A DNA stretch of 64,000 bases from a virus. A model generated the notes under the pieces. It did no database searches and was not told the origin of the DNA. It saw only the letters and a program-made list of their open reading frames with translations. The stretch covers positions 1-64,000 of IMG/VR virus record IMGVR_UViG_3300043425_001673; one strand, given 5' to 3'. The translations under genes were made by a program, and so were the position numbers. Every line of letters starts with the position of its first letter. Within the stretch, counting starts at the first letter, position 1. Shown piece by piece: positions 28,022 to 38,651 of the stretch.

Positions 28022-29191
28022 ATGGCAAATTCAAGAAAGTATTTGGTCCTTGAAAATGGCCAGTATAAGGTTCGTGAGTCTTCAACCGACCAGATTATCT
28101 TTGATTCGGTGATGATTGGCGGCGTGTCCGGTGTTGAAATCACCGAGAACCTTGGCAATCTCGACTTTGAGGGAGCCATAATTCAAAACATCGGCGAGCC
28201 TTCCAGCGGTTCCGATGCTACAACCAAGTCCTATGTTGATGGACAGATTGAACTTGTTTCGGCTGGCTTTGATCCCAAAGCTTCGGTTGACTATGCAACG
28301 ACTGCTGCACTTCCTGCAGTAACCTATAACAACGGAACGGGTGGTGTTGGTGCAACGCTGACAGCTGATGCCAACGGCGCTCTCTCGGTCGATGGTGCAT
28401 CGCCTTCTGTTGGGCAGCGTATCCTTGTCAAAAATCAGGTCGCTGGTCTTCAAAACGGTATTTACGATGTGACCGCAGCAGGTGATGGAAGCAATCCCTT
28501 TGTCCTGACTCGTTCCTCGGACTTTGATAACTCCCCGGCTGGTGAAGTGACCAAAGGCGCAAGAACGCTTGTCACAACGGGCACAGCCAATGCTGGTTAT
28601 GCTTTCTTCCTTACAACAGCAGGCACAATCACAATCGGCACCACTGCACTTTCGTTTAGTCCTGCCGGTGCTTCGATCGTGACCGCAACAGCGGGCTCAG
28701 GCGGTGCAACGCAGGGTATCGTGACCGCCGATACGGATAAAGGTCTTGATATCATCGCTGGCGTGATGGAAGTCAAGGTCGATGATAATACGACTCAATT
28801 CGTTTCCGGTGATGTTGCTGTCAAGCATACCCTTGCCAAGACCAATGACAATGCAGGCAGTATCACCGTTCGTCAGCTGGTTTATATCAAAAGCAACGGC
28901 AACGTTGATCTTGCGACAGCAGCCAACGCAACATCGGCAGTGGAACTCGGCATCGTTTCCGATGCATCCATTGCCACAACCGCTTCCGGTCAAATCTATC
29001 TTCGCCGTGGCGCGATCGTGGGTGGATACACAGGGCTTACTCCTGGCCAGCATGTTTTCGTCCATCCATCGACTCCCGGTTCGTACACTCAGGATGCAAG
29101 CACCGTAACAACCGGGCATCTCTATTCGGTTGGTCGGGCACTCTCGGCAACACAGGTCGCTTACGATCCAAGGCATATAGCAGAATTGTGA
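28022..29191 (+). CDS. tail fibre / head decoration protein
   Basis: DATTKSYVD, DPKASVDYATT, GQRILVKNQ....NGIY, LTRSSDFD. Confidence 0.75.
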   Translation: MANSRKYLVLENGQYKVRESSTDQIIFDSVMIGGVSGVEITENLGNLDFEGAIIQNIGEPSSGSDATTKSYVDGQIELVSAGFDPKASVDYATTAALPAVTYNNGTGGVGATLTADANGALSVDGASPSVGQRILVKNQVAGLQNGIYDVTAAGDGSNPFVLTRSSDFDNSPAGEVTKGARTLVTTGTANAGYAFFLTTAGTITIGTTALSFSPAGASIVTATAGSGGATQGIVTADTDKGLDIIAGVMEVKVDDNTTQFVSGDVAVKHTLAKTNDNAGSITVRQLVYIKSNGNVDLATAANATSAVELGIVSDASIATTASGQIYLRRGAIVGGYTGLTPGQHVFVHPSTPGSYTQDASTVTTGHLYSVGRALSATQVAYDPRHIAEL

Positions 29192-29203
29192 TTTATGGGT
29201 TTT

Positions 29204-29233
29204 CCGGGGAATCTTAACGGTTCCCCGGTTTTT
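29204..29233 (+). terminator. intrinsic terminator
   Basis: CCGGGGAA..TTCCCCGG followed by TTTTT. Confidence 0.7.
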
Positions 29234-29243
29234 AAGGGATTTT

Positions 29244-29546
29244 GTGATGCTTAAGCCGCTTTATCTTGATACCCAGACTGGCGCTTACAAGGCTAGAAGT
29301 CCAACGGGTGATATTTTTGATTTCGATGTTTCAAGTGTTTCAGGACAGACAGATTTTCCGGTTGAAGCTGGACTTATGACTGCTGAAAGTTATGTGCAGG
29401 TTTTGGTAAACGGTCGGGAACATCGGGAAGGAGCGGTTTATGACTTCGAGCGTGATGTTCCAAATGATCAAATCGTTTTTAACTATGCTGTTCCACAAAA
29501 CGCATGGGTAAGAATAAAAATCTTCCCTCCATTCGGAGTTTCCTAA
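29244..29546 (+). CDS. small virion protein
   Basis: GQTDF..VLVNG..EG..YDF repeat domain shared with neighbours. Confidence 0.55.
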   Translation: MMLKPLYLDTQTGAYKARSPTGDIFDFDVSSVSGQTDFPVEAGLMTAESYVQVLVNGREHREGAVYDFERDVPNDQIVFNYAVPQNAWVRIKIFPPFGVS

Positions 29547-29547
29547 T

Positions 29548-30450
29548 ATGGCAGAGATGAAAGGTCAAAACTGGCAGGATGTGCAGGAATCATCTCTGCC
29601 TGTCTTGGGCACACCAGAAAGAACTACAAATGAAGTTATTCTTTCGAGGGTGGACAGGTCATTTAATGAGCCGGTTCGCATTTATGCGGCTGTTGATCCC
29701 GACAGTAGACTTTACTTTGAAGCAAGTGAAGTCCTTTTGGGTGATGGTGCCGTTCGGAACCTGATGCCTGTTGAAGAGACGATTGTTGATTCAGTATCGG
29801 GCTCACTCAATTACCAGCTGATCACATCCATGGTCGATGGAATCACGCTCACAAGGGATGGAGCATCCTATACTCATCCCGTTGCAACGGCTTCAGGCAA
29901 ATTTATTGCCGGGGTTTTTTGCCGAAAGAAAAACGGAACGTTTGACAGCACCTATAGCGCTGAACAGAACACCTTGAATCAGGTTCTGGCGCTTGACCTT
30001 GGAACTCTTTTCGCTGATATAGGCGGTCTTCCAATAGGTTATATTTTCCTTGAGTCAACCGACAACGCCGGTCGCTGGAAAACAGCGGGCTCGGTGTCAG
30101 GTGTCATTGAAAACCGGGTTGGCAGTCAAAGCACGATAGGAAGGATTCATTGTCCGGTTGATCTTGATTATTTCAGGACACAAATCCTGTCGCTTCAAAC
30201 GCAAATTGATACAATAAATAATACCTATCCACAGGAGGAATATTATGAGGCAGTTTCTGCCGGTCATAGAGCCTTCTCGGTAAGTGGATTCACCTTCGAT
30301 CCAGACAATTCGCGCAAGGACATTCAGGTATTCAGGAACATGGGACGCCTTAAAAGTCCCAAGGATTTTTCCAAGACTTCATCAACTGCGATTCTTTTGA
30401 CGTTTGATCCGGCCATAGGCGATGAAATTCTGATCGACAAAAGACGTTAA
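29548..30450 (+). CDS. tail fibre-associated protein
   Basis: Paralogous to the N-terminus of 30469-32427 (IGYI.LES, VSG.IEN). Confidence 0.55.
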   Translation: MAEMKGQNWQDVQESSLPVLGTPERTTNEVILSRVDRSFNEPVRIYAAVDPDSRLYFEASEVLLGDGAVRNLMPVEETIVDSVSGSLNYQLITSMVDGITLTRDGASYTHPVATASGKFIAGVFCRKKNGTFDSTYSAEQNTLNQVLALDLGTLFADIGGLPIGYIFLESTDNAGRWKTAGSVSGVIENRVGSQSTIGRIHCPVDLDYFRTQILSLQTQIDTINNTYPQEEYYEAVSAGHRAFSVSGFTFDPDNSRKDIQVFRNMGRLKSPKDFSKTSSTAILLTFDPAIGDEILIDKRR

Positions 30451-30468
30451 GCATAGGGATTTGAAAAT

Positions 30469-32427
30469 ATGACTTCACCACGTCCTGAAACTTTAAACCG
30501 TTTGACAGACATCGTCTTTGACAAGGTCATGCGTACTCTGAGGACGCCTGACAAGAACGCGCCGCTTTATGAACTCCTGTCGGAAATGATGTCGCGTCTT
30601 GATACGGAACTCGATCTTCCCTTGCGGCTCAGTGCCACAACACCAAGTTCCACCAAGCTTTTGATTCGTGCCAATCGCGTGTTGAGTGGTGACGGCGGCC
30701 AAAGGTCCCTTCCACCGGATGGTGTTGACTTTTTGTCCTTTCCCGACACGACGATTGATTTTGACAACGGCTCGGTATCCGGGGGAACCATCAAGCGTGA
30801 TGGTTTGGATTGGAGCGTTCCGCTTGTCACTGTCGGCCAATTTGTTCGGGTTGGCTTTGCCTATAATGCGGCTGAAAACTGGGTTGATACGACTTTCAGT
30901 TCGGCATCGGTTACGCTTGGTGCGCTCACCGATCCTGGGGTTCTCCTTGATGCTCTTACCGGAACCAAGATCGGTTACATTGACCTTGAGAGTGATGGAG
31001 TTTCCAGCTTCAAAACGCCGAATTCGGTGTCAGGTTACATCGAAAACGCTGTGTCGGGTGTTCCCTATATCTTCCGCTTTTTGAGCGGCGGTGGAACCGG
31101 GACGGGCACCGGGGATGCATCGACAATCAGAACGGCGCTGGAAAACCAGCTGCAGGAATCGACCTATGATCTTTTGACAGCTGTTGATTTTGCCATTGAT
31201 GAGGATGCCTTTGTTGACTTGGCATCGACAGGGATCTATTCCAATCGCAAGTTTGTTCTTGCCGTCTCAGGCGACACATTTGAATCCATCAATTTGTTTG
31301 ATGCTTCAGAATATTTGGCTGATCCGACCATTCCATCAAAGATCGACATCACAGCCTTCTGGGATGCGCTGGCGATAGACGCCGATGCCGTTTACGAAGT
31401 CAGCCGTGATGGTGGGGTTGATTGGCAGACTGTTTCCGGGATGGAGCGGGTTGGTGTTGCGACGAATGGTTTTGTCGGAACCCATATCTTTGATTACGGG
31501 ACCGATTCGACCTTCACATCCAACACAGCCGCGCAAACCAGCGGCTATGAGATGAACAGCACAAGCCAGACCACCTATCAGGACAGTTTCGCTGTTCTTG
31601 AGTCGTCGGTAATTCGCCGGGTTCAGCTTTTGAACTTTGTGAAGACGGGAAGTCCGGTTGGAAATCTGTATGTCGATATTTGTGCTGATAACGGCGGGAA
31701 TCCTGGCAACGTTCTGGCCACGTCCTCGGGTGTCGCGGTGTCCGGTCTTTCCTCGGGAACGGTGACGATTGATGTATCGGAAGCGGCTTTGGTGGATGGA
31801 ACCTACTGGGTTGTGGTGCGTACCGATGCCGTTTACAAATCCAGCTTCTCGGCAGGTGTTACGAGCGTCACGCTTTCCTTGAATGCCAACGGACTCAGAG
31901 GCAATTATCAGGGCTATGTGCTTGACCTTCGGCTTCGGATCACTTCAGCAAATCCGAATGTGAACCTGACTGGCTTCGGTGTCTTTTACATGCAGTCGAT
32001 CGGAACCGTGCAAGGCGGCTCGATCAAAAAGGATACGAAGATATTTAGAACGACTGAAAACCTCAATGAGTTCACGCTGAACTTCATCGCTGATCCTGAT
32101 CTTTTGAAGTGTTATCACATCGAAACCGGACAGGTTTATCACCATCCGGCTTTTGCGCTTTCCGGTTCGGATGTGACTTTCCCGGTCAACACCTTTCAAT
32201 CCATCTCTGATGAGCAGGTCACGCTTCTTTTCCTTCAGGTTGAAGGATCAAGCTTTGACAATAGCGACCTGAATGCAGCGCTTCTGGCTGCAAACTTCCT
32301 TGGATCAACGGATACTCTCGTGGATCGAAGTTCAAGCGGTCGCGGTATTTTCCTGAGAAGACCTGATGGGACCTTGAGGGAAATCACAATCGACAATAGC
32401 GACAACATAGCTGTCTATAGCGTTTAA
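30469..32427 (+). CDS. tail fibre protein
   Basis: 652 aa, beta-rich; KTGSP.G..DNGG.PG..LA..GTYWVV module. Confidence 0.65.
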   Translation: MTSPRPETLNRLTDIVFDKVMRTLRTPDKNAPLYELLSEMMSRLDTELDLPLRLSATTPSSTKLLIRANRVLSGDGGQRSLPPDGVDFLSFPDTTIDFDNGSVSGGTIKRDGLDWSVPLVTVGQFVRVGFAYNAAENWVDTTFSSASVTLGALTDPGVLLDALTGTKIGYIDLESDGVSSFKTPNSVSGYIENAVSGVPYIFRFLSGGGTGTGTGDASTIRTALENQLQESTYDLLTAVDFAIDEDAFVDLASTGIYSNRKFVLAVSGDTFESINLFDASEYLADPTIPSKIDITAFWDALAIDADAVYEVSRDGGVDWQTVSGMERVGVATNGFVGTHIFDYGTDSTFTSNTAAQTSGYEMNSTSQTTYQDSFAVLESSVIRRVQLLNFVKTGSPVGNLYVDICADNGGNPGNVLATSSGVAVSGLSSGTVTIDVSEAALVDGTYWVVVRTDAVYKSSFSAGVTSVTLSLNANGLRGNYQGYVLDLRLRITSANPNVNLTGFGVFYMQSIGTVQGGSIKKDTKIFRTTENLNEFTLNFIADPDLLKCYHIETGQVYHHPAFALSGSDVTFPVNTFQSISDEQVTLLFLQVEGSSFDNSDLNAALLAANFLGSTDTLVDRSSSGRGIFLRRPDGTLREITIDNSDNIAVYSV

Positions 32428-32442
32428 TAGGAAAGCAAAAAT

Positions 32443-34761
32443 ATGGCAAGAGCACTTGTTGGAAATCTTGGTGAGACGGTTTCAAAGATCAGTGAATCAT
32501 TCACTGATCTTCCAAAGATAAATGTTCCACTTACGAATATTGTGAATCGGGGACAAATCACAGACTTTGCGAATGATGGTCTGCCAAAGTTTGCAATTGA
32601 AAGAGTAAATATTCAAACGATCGTTGAAGTTCATAATGAAAGCGGTCCTGCTGGGCAAAAAGTATGGAAAGCAGTTAATGATATTCATGATCAAATCCGC
32701 TTTTATGGACCTTGGACGAATCCTGTTGATGTAAACGGCCAAAGACCACAAGGCGCATCAGGTGCTGTATGTGAGATCACATTTTATGGAACTGGATTAA
32801 ATCTTCTTCGTTATAACGACAGTTCAAACAGAACTTTTAGTTATAGTGTTGATGGTGGTGCCTCAAACAACGTAACAGGCGCATGGTCTGATGCCATTCT
32901 TGCAAGAAGTTACAATCCCAACATAGTATTCAATCTGACTTCAAATCTTACTCTTGGCTGGCATACTGTTATACTTACCAGTTCCAGTAATGCTCTTGGT
33001 GTTTTTGGATTTGAAGTCATTAATTCAAGTGCAAATATATTTCTTCCGACTACCACAACTTATTCTGCTGGAAAAAAACTTTCAGCAGCATCAGGAACGA
33101 CTGCTTATAATTCAGGTTTTGAATCAGGAACACTCGGGACTCGTGGTGGTCATGTTTTAGTTTATCAAAAATCTGATGGAACAATTGCCAAAGCGGTAAC
33201 TCCAACAAACGCAAGTGCGGCTTATCTATCCAGTGCTGACCACACCAATGAGGAAATGATAAGAAGATTAAATCCAAGAGAATTTGGCGCTGGAAGATCC
33301 GATGATTTTTCGACTGTCACCATGAATGGAAGTGAAGTTCTTGCCTTCACTCTCGATGACGGAACTACAACGTTGATGTCATCAGGGGCATATTTTAACA
33401 GTTCTCATCAAGGTTATCTGGGTAACAACACGGTCGGGGTGTATTTTACTCTGACATTTGTTGGAACTGGTCTTGATATAACGCATTTCCCTTTTAATAC
33501 AACAGGCACTCAGACATGGTCTGTGACAATTGACGGCGTGGCTCAGGGAAGCTATGATGTCACAGCTGATTCAGGTTTGATTAAGAAATATAAAATTTGT
33601 TCCGGCCTTCCCTATGGCACTCATAATGTTCGCATCACAACAACAGCAAATCCTGCAGGCGCTCAACTATTTACGTATTTCGATATTTATGCTCCAAAAA
33701 CACCTACACTCCCATCCGGTGCTGTAGCTCTCTGTGATTATTTTATCATGGCGGATTTTGCTGCAAACAGCACGGCTGGTGTTGAGCGAATATCATCAGG
33801 TGTTTTGAGAAAAGTTTCCACGCGAGAATTCACTTATGTAAATGGCACGGGTGGAACAGTGGATTGGCAAGTTGGTGGATCACCTTTTACAAGTAATATT
33901 GGTGGTCCTCAGCTTGAGACAAACAGACAAAACGCATATTTTGAATATACGTTTTTTGGAACTGGTTTTGATTATAGGTTCCCTTCTATTTCCAGTGGCT
34001 CAGCAAATATTCAATTATCTTTGCAGAGTCTATCGACAGGTGGATCGCTTCAGAATTTGACCACCGCAAATTTCCCGACTATTTCTTCATCAGTTTATGG
34101 GACTGGCGCAGCTTTTAATGCAGCAACCGGCGTTATGGATCAGCTGGATGCTTCAAACACTGTTGGTTGTGGAATCGTAATATCAGGATTACCTTTAGGG
34201 TTATACAAAATAAGATTTTTGAATAATACTGCTAGTTCGTATATTGTTCCCAGTGTTCTTGATATTATCACGCCTATACATGCTCCGAAGGAAATTGGCC
34301 CTTCAAGATTGCAAAACATTTCTTTAATAGGATCTAATGCGATCCGTGATCTTAGAAATTTTTCCTCTTTGATAATAGCTAATCAAAGTTCTTTATGTCA
34401 GGCCATAGGGATTGTTTCAGCGCCAACTACTACATCTGGTTCTGAAGTTCCTTTAAAAGATTCATGTGTAGTATTGAAAACCACAGGAAAACCTGTTTTT
34501 GTAGTTTTTGATGGGATTTTCACAAATAATTCAGTTGGTCAAACAACTGATGTTCTCCTTTATGTAGACGGAATTGGTGTTGGAGCTACAAGACGCCAAG
34601 CGATGCCAGCAACAAGTGGTTATCGGTCTGTGGTATCTTTTTCATATATGCTTGAATTGTGTGCTGGAACTCATAAAATTGATGTTTATTGGGCAGTTTC
34701 AGGAGGAACGGGTACGGCTATTGGTGGCAATAGAACTTTGATTGCGAGAGAAGTTCAGTAA
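32443..34761 (+). CDS. receptor-binding tail protein with repeated carbohydrate-binding-like domains
   Basis: Three TF.GTG...DG..GLP.G.H repeats; AT-richer than upstream genes. Confidence 0.65.
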   Translation: MARALVGNLGETVSKISESFTDLPKINVPLTNIVNRGQITDFANDGLPKFAIERVNIQTIVEVHNESGPAGQKVWKAVNDIHDQIRFYGPWTNPVDVNGQRPQGASGAVCEITFYGTGLNLLRYNDSSNRTFSYSVDGGASNNVTGAWSDAILARSYNPNIVFNLTSNLTLGWHTVILTSSSNALGVFGFEVINSSANIFLPTTTTYSAGKKLSAASGTTAYNSGFESGTLGTRGGHVLVYQKSDGTIAKAVTPTNASAAYLSSADHTNEEMIRRLNPREFGAGRSDDFSTVTMNGSEVLAFTLDDGTTTLMSSGAYFNSSHQGYLGNNTVGVYFTLTFVGTGLDITHFPFNTTGTQTWSVTIDGVAQGSYDVTADSGLIKKYKICSGLPYGTHNVRITTTANPAGAQLFTYFDIYAPKTPTLPSGAVALCDYFIMADFAANSTAGVERISSGVLRKVSTREFTYVNGTGGTVDWQVGGSPFTSNIGGPQLETNRQNAYFEYTFFGTGFDYRFPSISSGSANIQLSLQSLSTGGSLQNLTTANFPTISSSVYGTGAAFNAATGVMDQLDASNTVGCGIVISGLPLGLYKIRFLNNTASSYIVPSVLDIITPIHAPKEIGPSRLQNISLIGSNAIRDLRNFSSLIIANQSSLCQAIGIVSAPTTTSGSEVPLKDSCVVLKTTGKPVFVVFDGIFTNNSVGQTTDVLLYVDGIGVGATRRQAMPATSGYRSVVSFSYMLELCAGTHKIDVYWAVSGGTGTAIGGNRTLIAREVQ

Positions 34762-34788
34762 AAAAATTCCATTTTATGGAGCTATGAA

Positions 34789-35592
34789 ATGGGTCAAGTA
34801 TTAACAGCCGATAATATTCCCGATCTTGTTATTGCATCCACCACGACGATTACCATGGCAACGACATACCTTGGTAAATCGACACGAATCACGATCGGTG
34901 GTCAGCAATACAAATATTCTTCGCTCACGACATTGAATTTTGGGACGACTGGATTCAATGGCCTTGATACAGGTTCCATTGCATCCAACACTCTCTATTA
35001 TATCTATGCGGTTCAGTCGGCTGGAACGCCTGGACTTGTGGCCTCGCTTGCAGCACCAACGGTAGGACCGACTGGTTTTACAGCATGGAAGGAAGTTGCA
35101 AGGTGTAGAACGCTTTACACGGCAGCGACTCTTGCAGCTGTCGCCAATAGGGTTGGTGGTTCATCGCAGGCGTTAATTTCATCAAAAACATTTTTTACGC
35201 CTATTTTAGGTGGGACAAGTGGCAACGGATCAGGTCTTTCTCTTTCTCAGAATGGATCATTTTATACTCGAAGCGGTGAGTTGGCTGATGTTTGGATAGA
35301 ATTGGTAATGTCAGCAGTTTCTGTGGCTCCTACAGGATTTTTAACTTTAGGCATACCAAACGCGACTCCAAATCTGGTAACAGGTTCCAGTACAGTCCAT
35401 GTTGGATCAGGTTATTTTCAAGACAATAGCGGTGGGTTGAATTTAGGTGACTGCCCAATATATGGCGACAACACGCCTAGAGTTTACATTTCGCAAAACA
35501 ACAACACAGCCACACCTTCATTGGCGGCGAATGATATTGTTCGGATTTCTTATACAATACCTATTATTGAATGGTCTGGTCTTTACACCTAA
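34789..35592 (+). CDS. tail fibre protein
   Basis: GLDTGSIASNT.YYIYAV..P.GFT module plus C-terminal Y.R.G domain. Confidence 0.65.
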   Translation: MGQVLTADNIPDLVIASTTTITMATTYLGKSTRITIGGQQYKYSSLTTLNFGTTGFNGLDTGSIASNTLYYIYAVQSAGTPGLVASLAAPTVGPTGFTAWKEVARCRTLYTAATLAAVANRVGGSSQALISSKTFFTPILGGTSGNGSGLSLSQNGSFYTRSGELADVWIELVMSAVSVAPTGFLTLGIPNATPNLVTGSSTVHVGSGYFQDNSGGLNLGDCPIYGDNTPRVYISQNNNTATPSLAANDIVRISYTIPIIEWSGLYT

Positions 35593-36944
35593 AAAGAATT
35601 GGTAGGTTAAAAACTATGTCGATAAACGCAAAATCCGTAAAATCCATTCGTAAAAAGGATTTGAGCACACAAAAGACTCCTTTTGTTGCATTCAAATCCT
35701 TCAGCTTTGCTCATGAAGCAACAGCTGGTCAAACAGTTATCAGTCTTACATCTCTGAGCACACCAAGCAGTCTTTCATCTCAAGGCTTTTTGCAGCCTTC
35801 AGCTTCTGATTTGGCAGCTGCAAATCTTCTCATGTATAAGCGAAATCTCAGACTCCAATCAAGTCTGAGGGGAACTCTTATCGAGTATGATTCCTATCGT
35901 ATCGTTGGTAGCAGCACGATTCAGCTGACTTTTGAAGCCGAGTCGGGGGAAATATTTGTTGGCGTTATCTCTGACATTGCGAAGTCCGGTCTTCAGGTTA
36001 TTGATGCCAATACGCTTGTTGCCACAGGAACACTCGCAGCAGGTCAGACTGATTTTGTGGTTGGTCAATCCTTTGCTCTGAATCAATATCCTTTGAAGCA
36101 GGTTGGCGATGTCCTGGTCTTTCTGGATGGTGTTCAACAATTCCGCAATGTCGGAAATGCAACAGCATCTGTGAGTGCTGATGGAAATTATCAGGAAGTT
36201 GATGGTGGACAGGGATTAAGCAATACGATCAGGTTCAATATCGTTGATCCTTTAAATGATCGCTCAATTCTTGTCGTAAGCAACGGAACTTTGGCTGAAA
36301 GACCTGAAGGAAGTATGCGGGCTGAGATTGAAAGCCTTGCTGCTCAGGTTGATTCGGTGATTGAAACGCTTGCCGTTGTCGCAGGAGTGCCTGAGTCTAA
36401 TTTTCAGAGTGCTCCGAATCAGGTCGATCTTCAGACGTTTGGTCAAAGGGTAATTAATCTTGAATCAAACCGGGCTCGGATCGACCAAACAAATACCTTT
36501 TCTGTTTTTCAGAATATCCCTGGAAGAACTGATGGATTAGCTGTTTCTGCTGGTTTTCCAGGGGAACATATAATTGCTGCTGTTACCAACGCAACAACTC
36601 CTGGAACAGGTTCTGGTTTTGCTAGTGTGGTATGCAGGACTTTGACTTTGAACAAAGGTGTTTATCTAATTTTGTCTCAATTCAATCCGTCTGGTTTTGG
36701 AGGTAATACTGGATTGACAGTAGTTTCGATTGCTGCTGGTGTTGGAAGTCCAACTTTGCTCGGCTGCACGTCATCGACAGCTTATAGTCCAGGCGCGGAT
36801 ATTACCAGGGCTTCTCATACAGCATTTTGTATTGTTAATACAGACAACTCAACTGTAACACAATCAGCCAGCGCATCAACGGGCTCTACTATTTCAGGGA
36901 CTGTGACTTTGGGTGGTGCTTTGGTAGCTGTCCGAATAGCATGA
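35571..36944 (+). CDS. tail fibre protein
   Basis: AGQTDF, VFLDGVQQ, GRTDG...G..GE; likely ATG at 35616. Confidence 0.65.
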   Translation: MVWSLHLKRIGRLKTMSINAKSVKSIRKKDLSTQKTPFVAFKSFSFAHEATAGQTVISLTSLSTPSSLSSQGFLQPSASDLAAANLLMYKRNLRLQSSLRGTLIEYDSYRIVGSSTIQLTFEAESGEIFVGVISDIAKSGLQVIDANTLVATGTLAAGQTDFVVGQSFALNQYPLKQVGDVLVFLDGVQQFRNVGNATASVSADGNYQEVDGGQGLSNTIRFNIVDPLNDRSILVVSNGTLAERPEGSMRAEIESLAAQVDSVIETLAVVAGVPESNFQSAPNQVDLQTFGQRVINLESNRARIDQTNTFSVFQNIPGRTDGLAVSAGFPGEHIIAAVTNATTPGTGSGFASVVCRTLTLNKGVYLILSQFNPSGFGGNTGLTVVSIAAGVGSPTLLGCTSSTAYSPGADITRASHTAFCIVNTDNSTVTQSASASTGSTISGTVTLGGALVAVRIA

Positions 36945-36983
36945 AGAACCTAAAGGCAACATAATAAAAAATAAGGAACGAAT

Positions 36984-37583
36984 ATGGGTGAGCTTGTAAG
37001 AAAACCAGCTTCATCGACTGCATCGGGTGAACTAACTGCTGGCACGCAGACAATATATGGTGCAAAAAGTTTTTCAGGAGCCATAACACCATTAGGTGGA
37101 ATTATTGGCAAGACTGATGGTATTGCTGTTGATAGTCTTAAGGTTGGCGAACAGTTGACCGCCAGCCGCAATTCTTTTTATGGTTTGCCTTCTCCTGTTA
37201 TAAATACTTTGTATGATATTCCTTCTCTATCTATTTCTCTTACTGCTGGTGTTTGGGCTTTATCATTGAATGGTGGTGTGATTAGAGGTGCTGGAAGCAC
37301 CAATAACTTTACTGTCGCTGCTACTATCAGAGACGGCAGCAACAATGTTTTGGCCTGTATTGAATCGACTTCAAATGCAATTACAACAGCAAACTCTGTT
37401 TCTTTGTCGGGTTTAAATACTATCGTGACGACAGCCACAAATTTGACAGTAAAAATTTCAGGCGGGATTTTTCAGACTGGCGGTTCCCCTCCAACAGGTA
37501 TCAGTGGTGATTTTGTTCTAAACGCTGGTGGAATTTCTGCAATCATATCTGCAGTTGTGTTTCGAGCTACAAGACTTATCTGA
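36984..37583 (+). CDS. short tail fibre / receptor-binding protein
   Basis: QTIYGAKSFS, GKTDG...VGE, SLTAGVW. Confidence 0.6.
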   Translation: MGELVRKPASSTASGELTAGTQTIYGAKSFSGAITPLGGIIGKTDGIAVDSLKVGEQLTASRNSFYGLPSPVINTLYDIPSLSISLTAGVWALSLNGGVIRGAGSTNNFTVAATIRDGSNNVLACIESTSNAITTANSVSLSGLNTIVTTATNLTVKISGGIFQTGGSPPTGISGDFVLNAGGISAIISAVVFRATRLI

Positions 37584-37589
37584 GGGTAT

Positions 37590-37892
37590 ATGGCTTATCT
37601 TGAAGGTCCAAGAGATCCGAAAAACATCATGCAGGTCCAGCAATTCGTTGCTGAGCCTGATGTTGATATTTATATTGGATTGAATGATGTTATTCTTTTA
37701 ATGCCTATTTTCAAATGGGATGCAGAGAATCTTCATTACATAGATGCCACAGGTGATTATGATTTATGCATGAGCGAGGATGGTTTGAAGTATAAGTTCA
37801 TCAATCGTCGCAGTGAAACGATTCGCTTTGCCTATCGGTATTTGCCGGGTTATTGGCTTGCAAAACGCATAAACGTATCAGGAAGGCCATAA
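37590..37892 (+). CDS. hypothetical virion-associated protein
   Basis: 100-aa ORF within the operon. Confidence 0.5.
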   Translation: MAYLEGPRDPKNIMQVQQFVAEPDVDIYIGLNDVILLMPIFKWDAENLHYIDATGDYDLCMSEDGLKYKFINRRSETIRFAYRYLPGYWLAKRINVSGRP

Positions 37893-37895
37893 ATC

Positions 37896-38651
37896 ATGGG
37901 TGTGGCTCAATCCCTTGCCAGTGTTCTTGGTATCAGTGACTCAGTGGTTCCCGTTACTGCTGGGATAGCGGAACTTGATCGTAAATCGCAGCGTGAGGTT
38001 CCAGGAAGCATCCAGGCGTTTCAGTATTTTCCTGAAACGATATCGGATACCAAGGCTGCAGATTGGGTGAGAAAGAATGTTCCCGGTGGTTCGCATCCCA
38101 TTTTGAGTTTCATAAATGGTGGTGAGCGCACCTTATCTTTTACGGTTGTTTTCACGCAGGAAGAGAATCCCGAGGAAGTTTCGACAATCGCAAGCCTTTT
38201 GACAGGTAAGTTTGAGTTGTTCAAGGAAAGCAATCGTAAGGATACGGAAAAAAATCTTGCGGGAGCTATAGCATATTTGCGTGGTTTCACATATCCTGAT
38301 TATGTGCAGGGAGTCAGCAAGTCACCGCCGTTTGCGATCGTTTATCTGCCAAACAGTGGAATAACCTCACAGCAGGGTTTTGAGGATTCCATTGTCGGTG
38401 CCATGGTGCAGTGTGATGTGACTTATGAAAAATTTCATAGGAACGGTGCTCCGAGATATGTTGCCATGCAGCTAAGCTTTGTTGAAATTGTTCAGACTTC
38501 CGAGAACTGGAAGTTTATTGGCAGAAAAGACCTTAAGGCTCAGTATGAAGGCAGGCAATATAAAAGGGCTATGGTAGGTTTGAAGGCTGGGACCAGTAAT
38601 AATCCCGCTCAAAGCGCCTTGGATGCAGTTACAAAGGCATTTTCAAAATGA
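37896..38651 (+). CDS. tail tube initiator / CIS tube-like protein
   Basis: FQYFPETISD.K.A.W....VPGGSHP..F..GGERTLSF, YP, V.YE.F...G.PR...V.LSF.E. Confidence 0.75.
   Translation: MGVAQSLASVLGISDSVVPVTAGIAELDRKSQREVPGSIQAFQYFPETISDTKAADWVRKNVPGGSHPILSFINGGERTLSFTVVFTQEENPEEVSTIASLLTGKFELFKESNRKDTEKNLAGAIAYLRGFTYPDYVQGVSKSPPFAIVYLPNSGITSQQGFEDSIVGAMVQCDVTYEKFHRNGAPRYVAMQLSFVEIVQTSENWKFIGRKDLKAQYEGRQYKRAMVGLKAGTSNNPAQSALDAVTKAFSK

Noticed and set aside
34486-34512. Partial gapped match of tract 2 dinucleotides (CC GT TT GT GT) in the fibre gene
   Set aside because: Only 5 of 9 dinucleotides match; expected by chance in 64 kb on two strands
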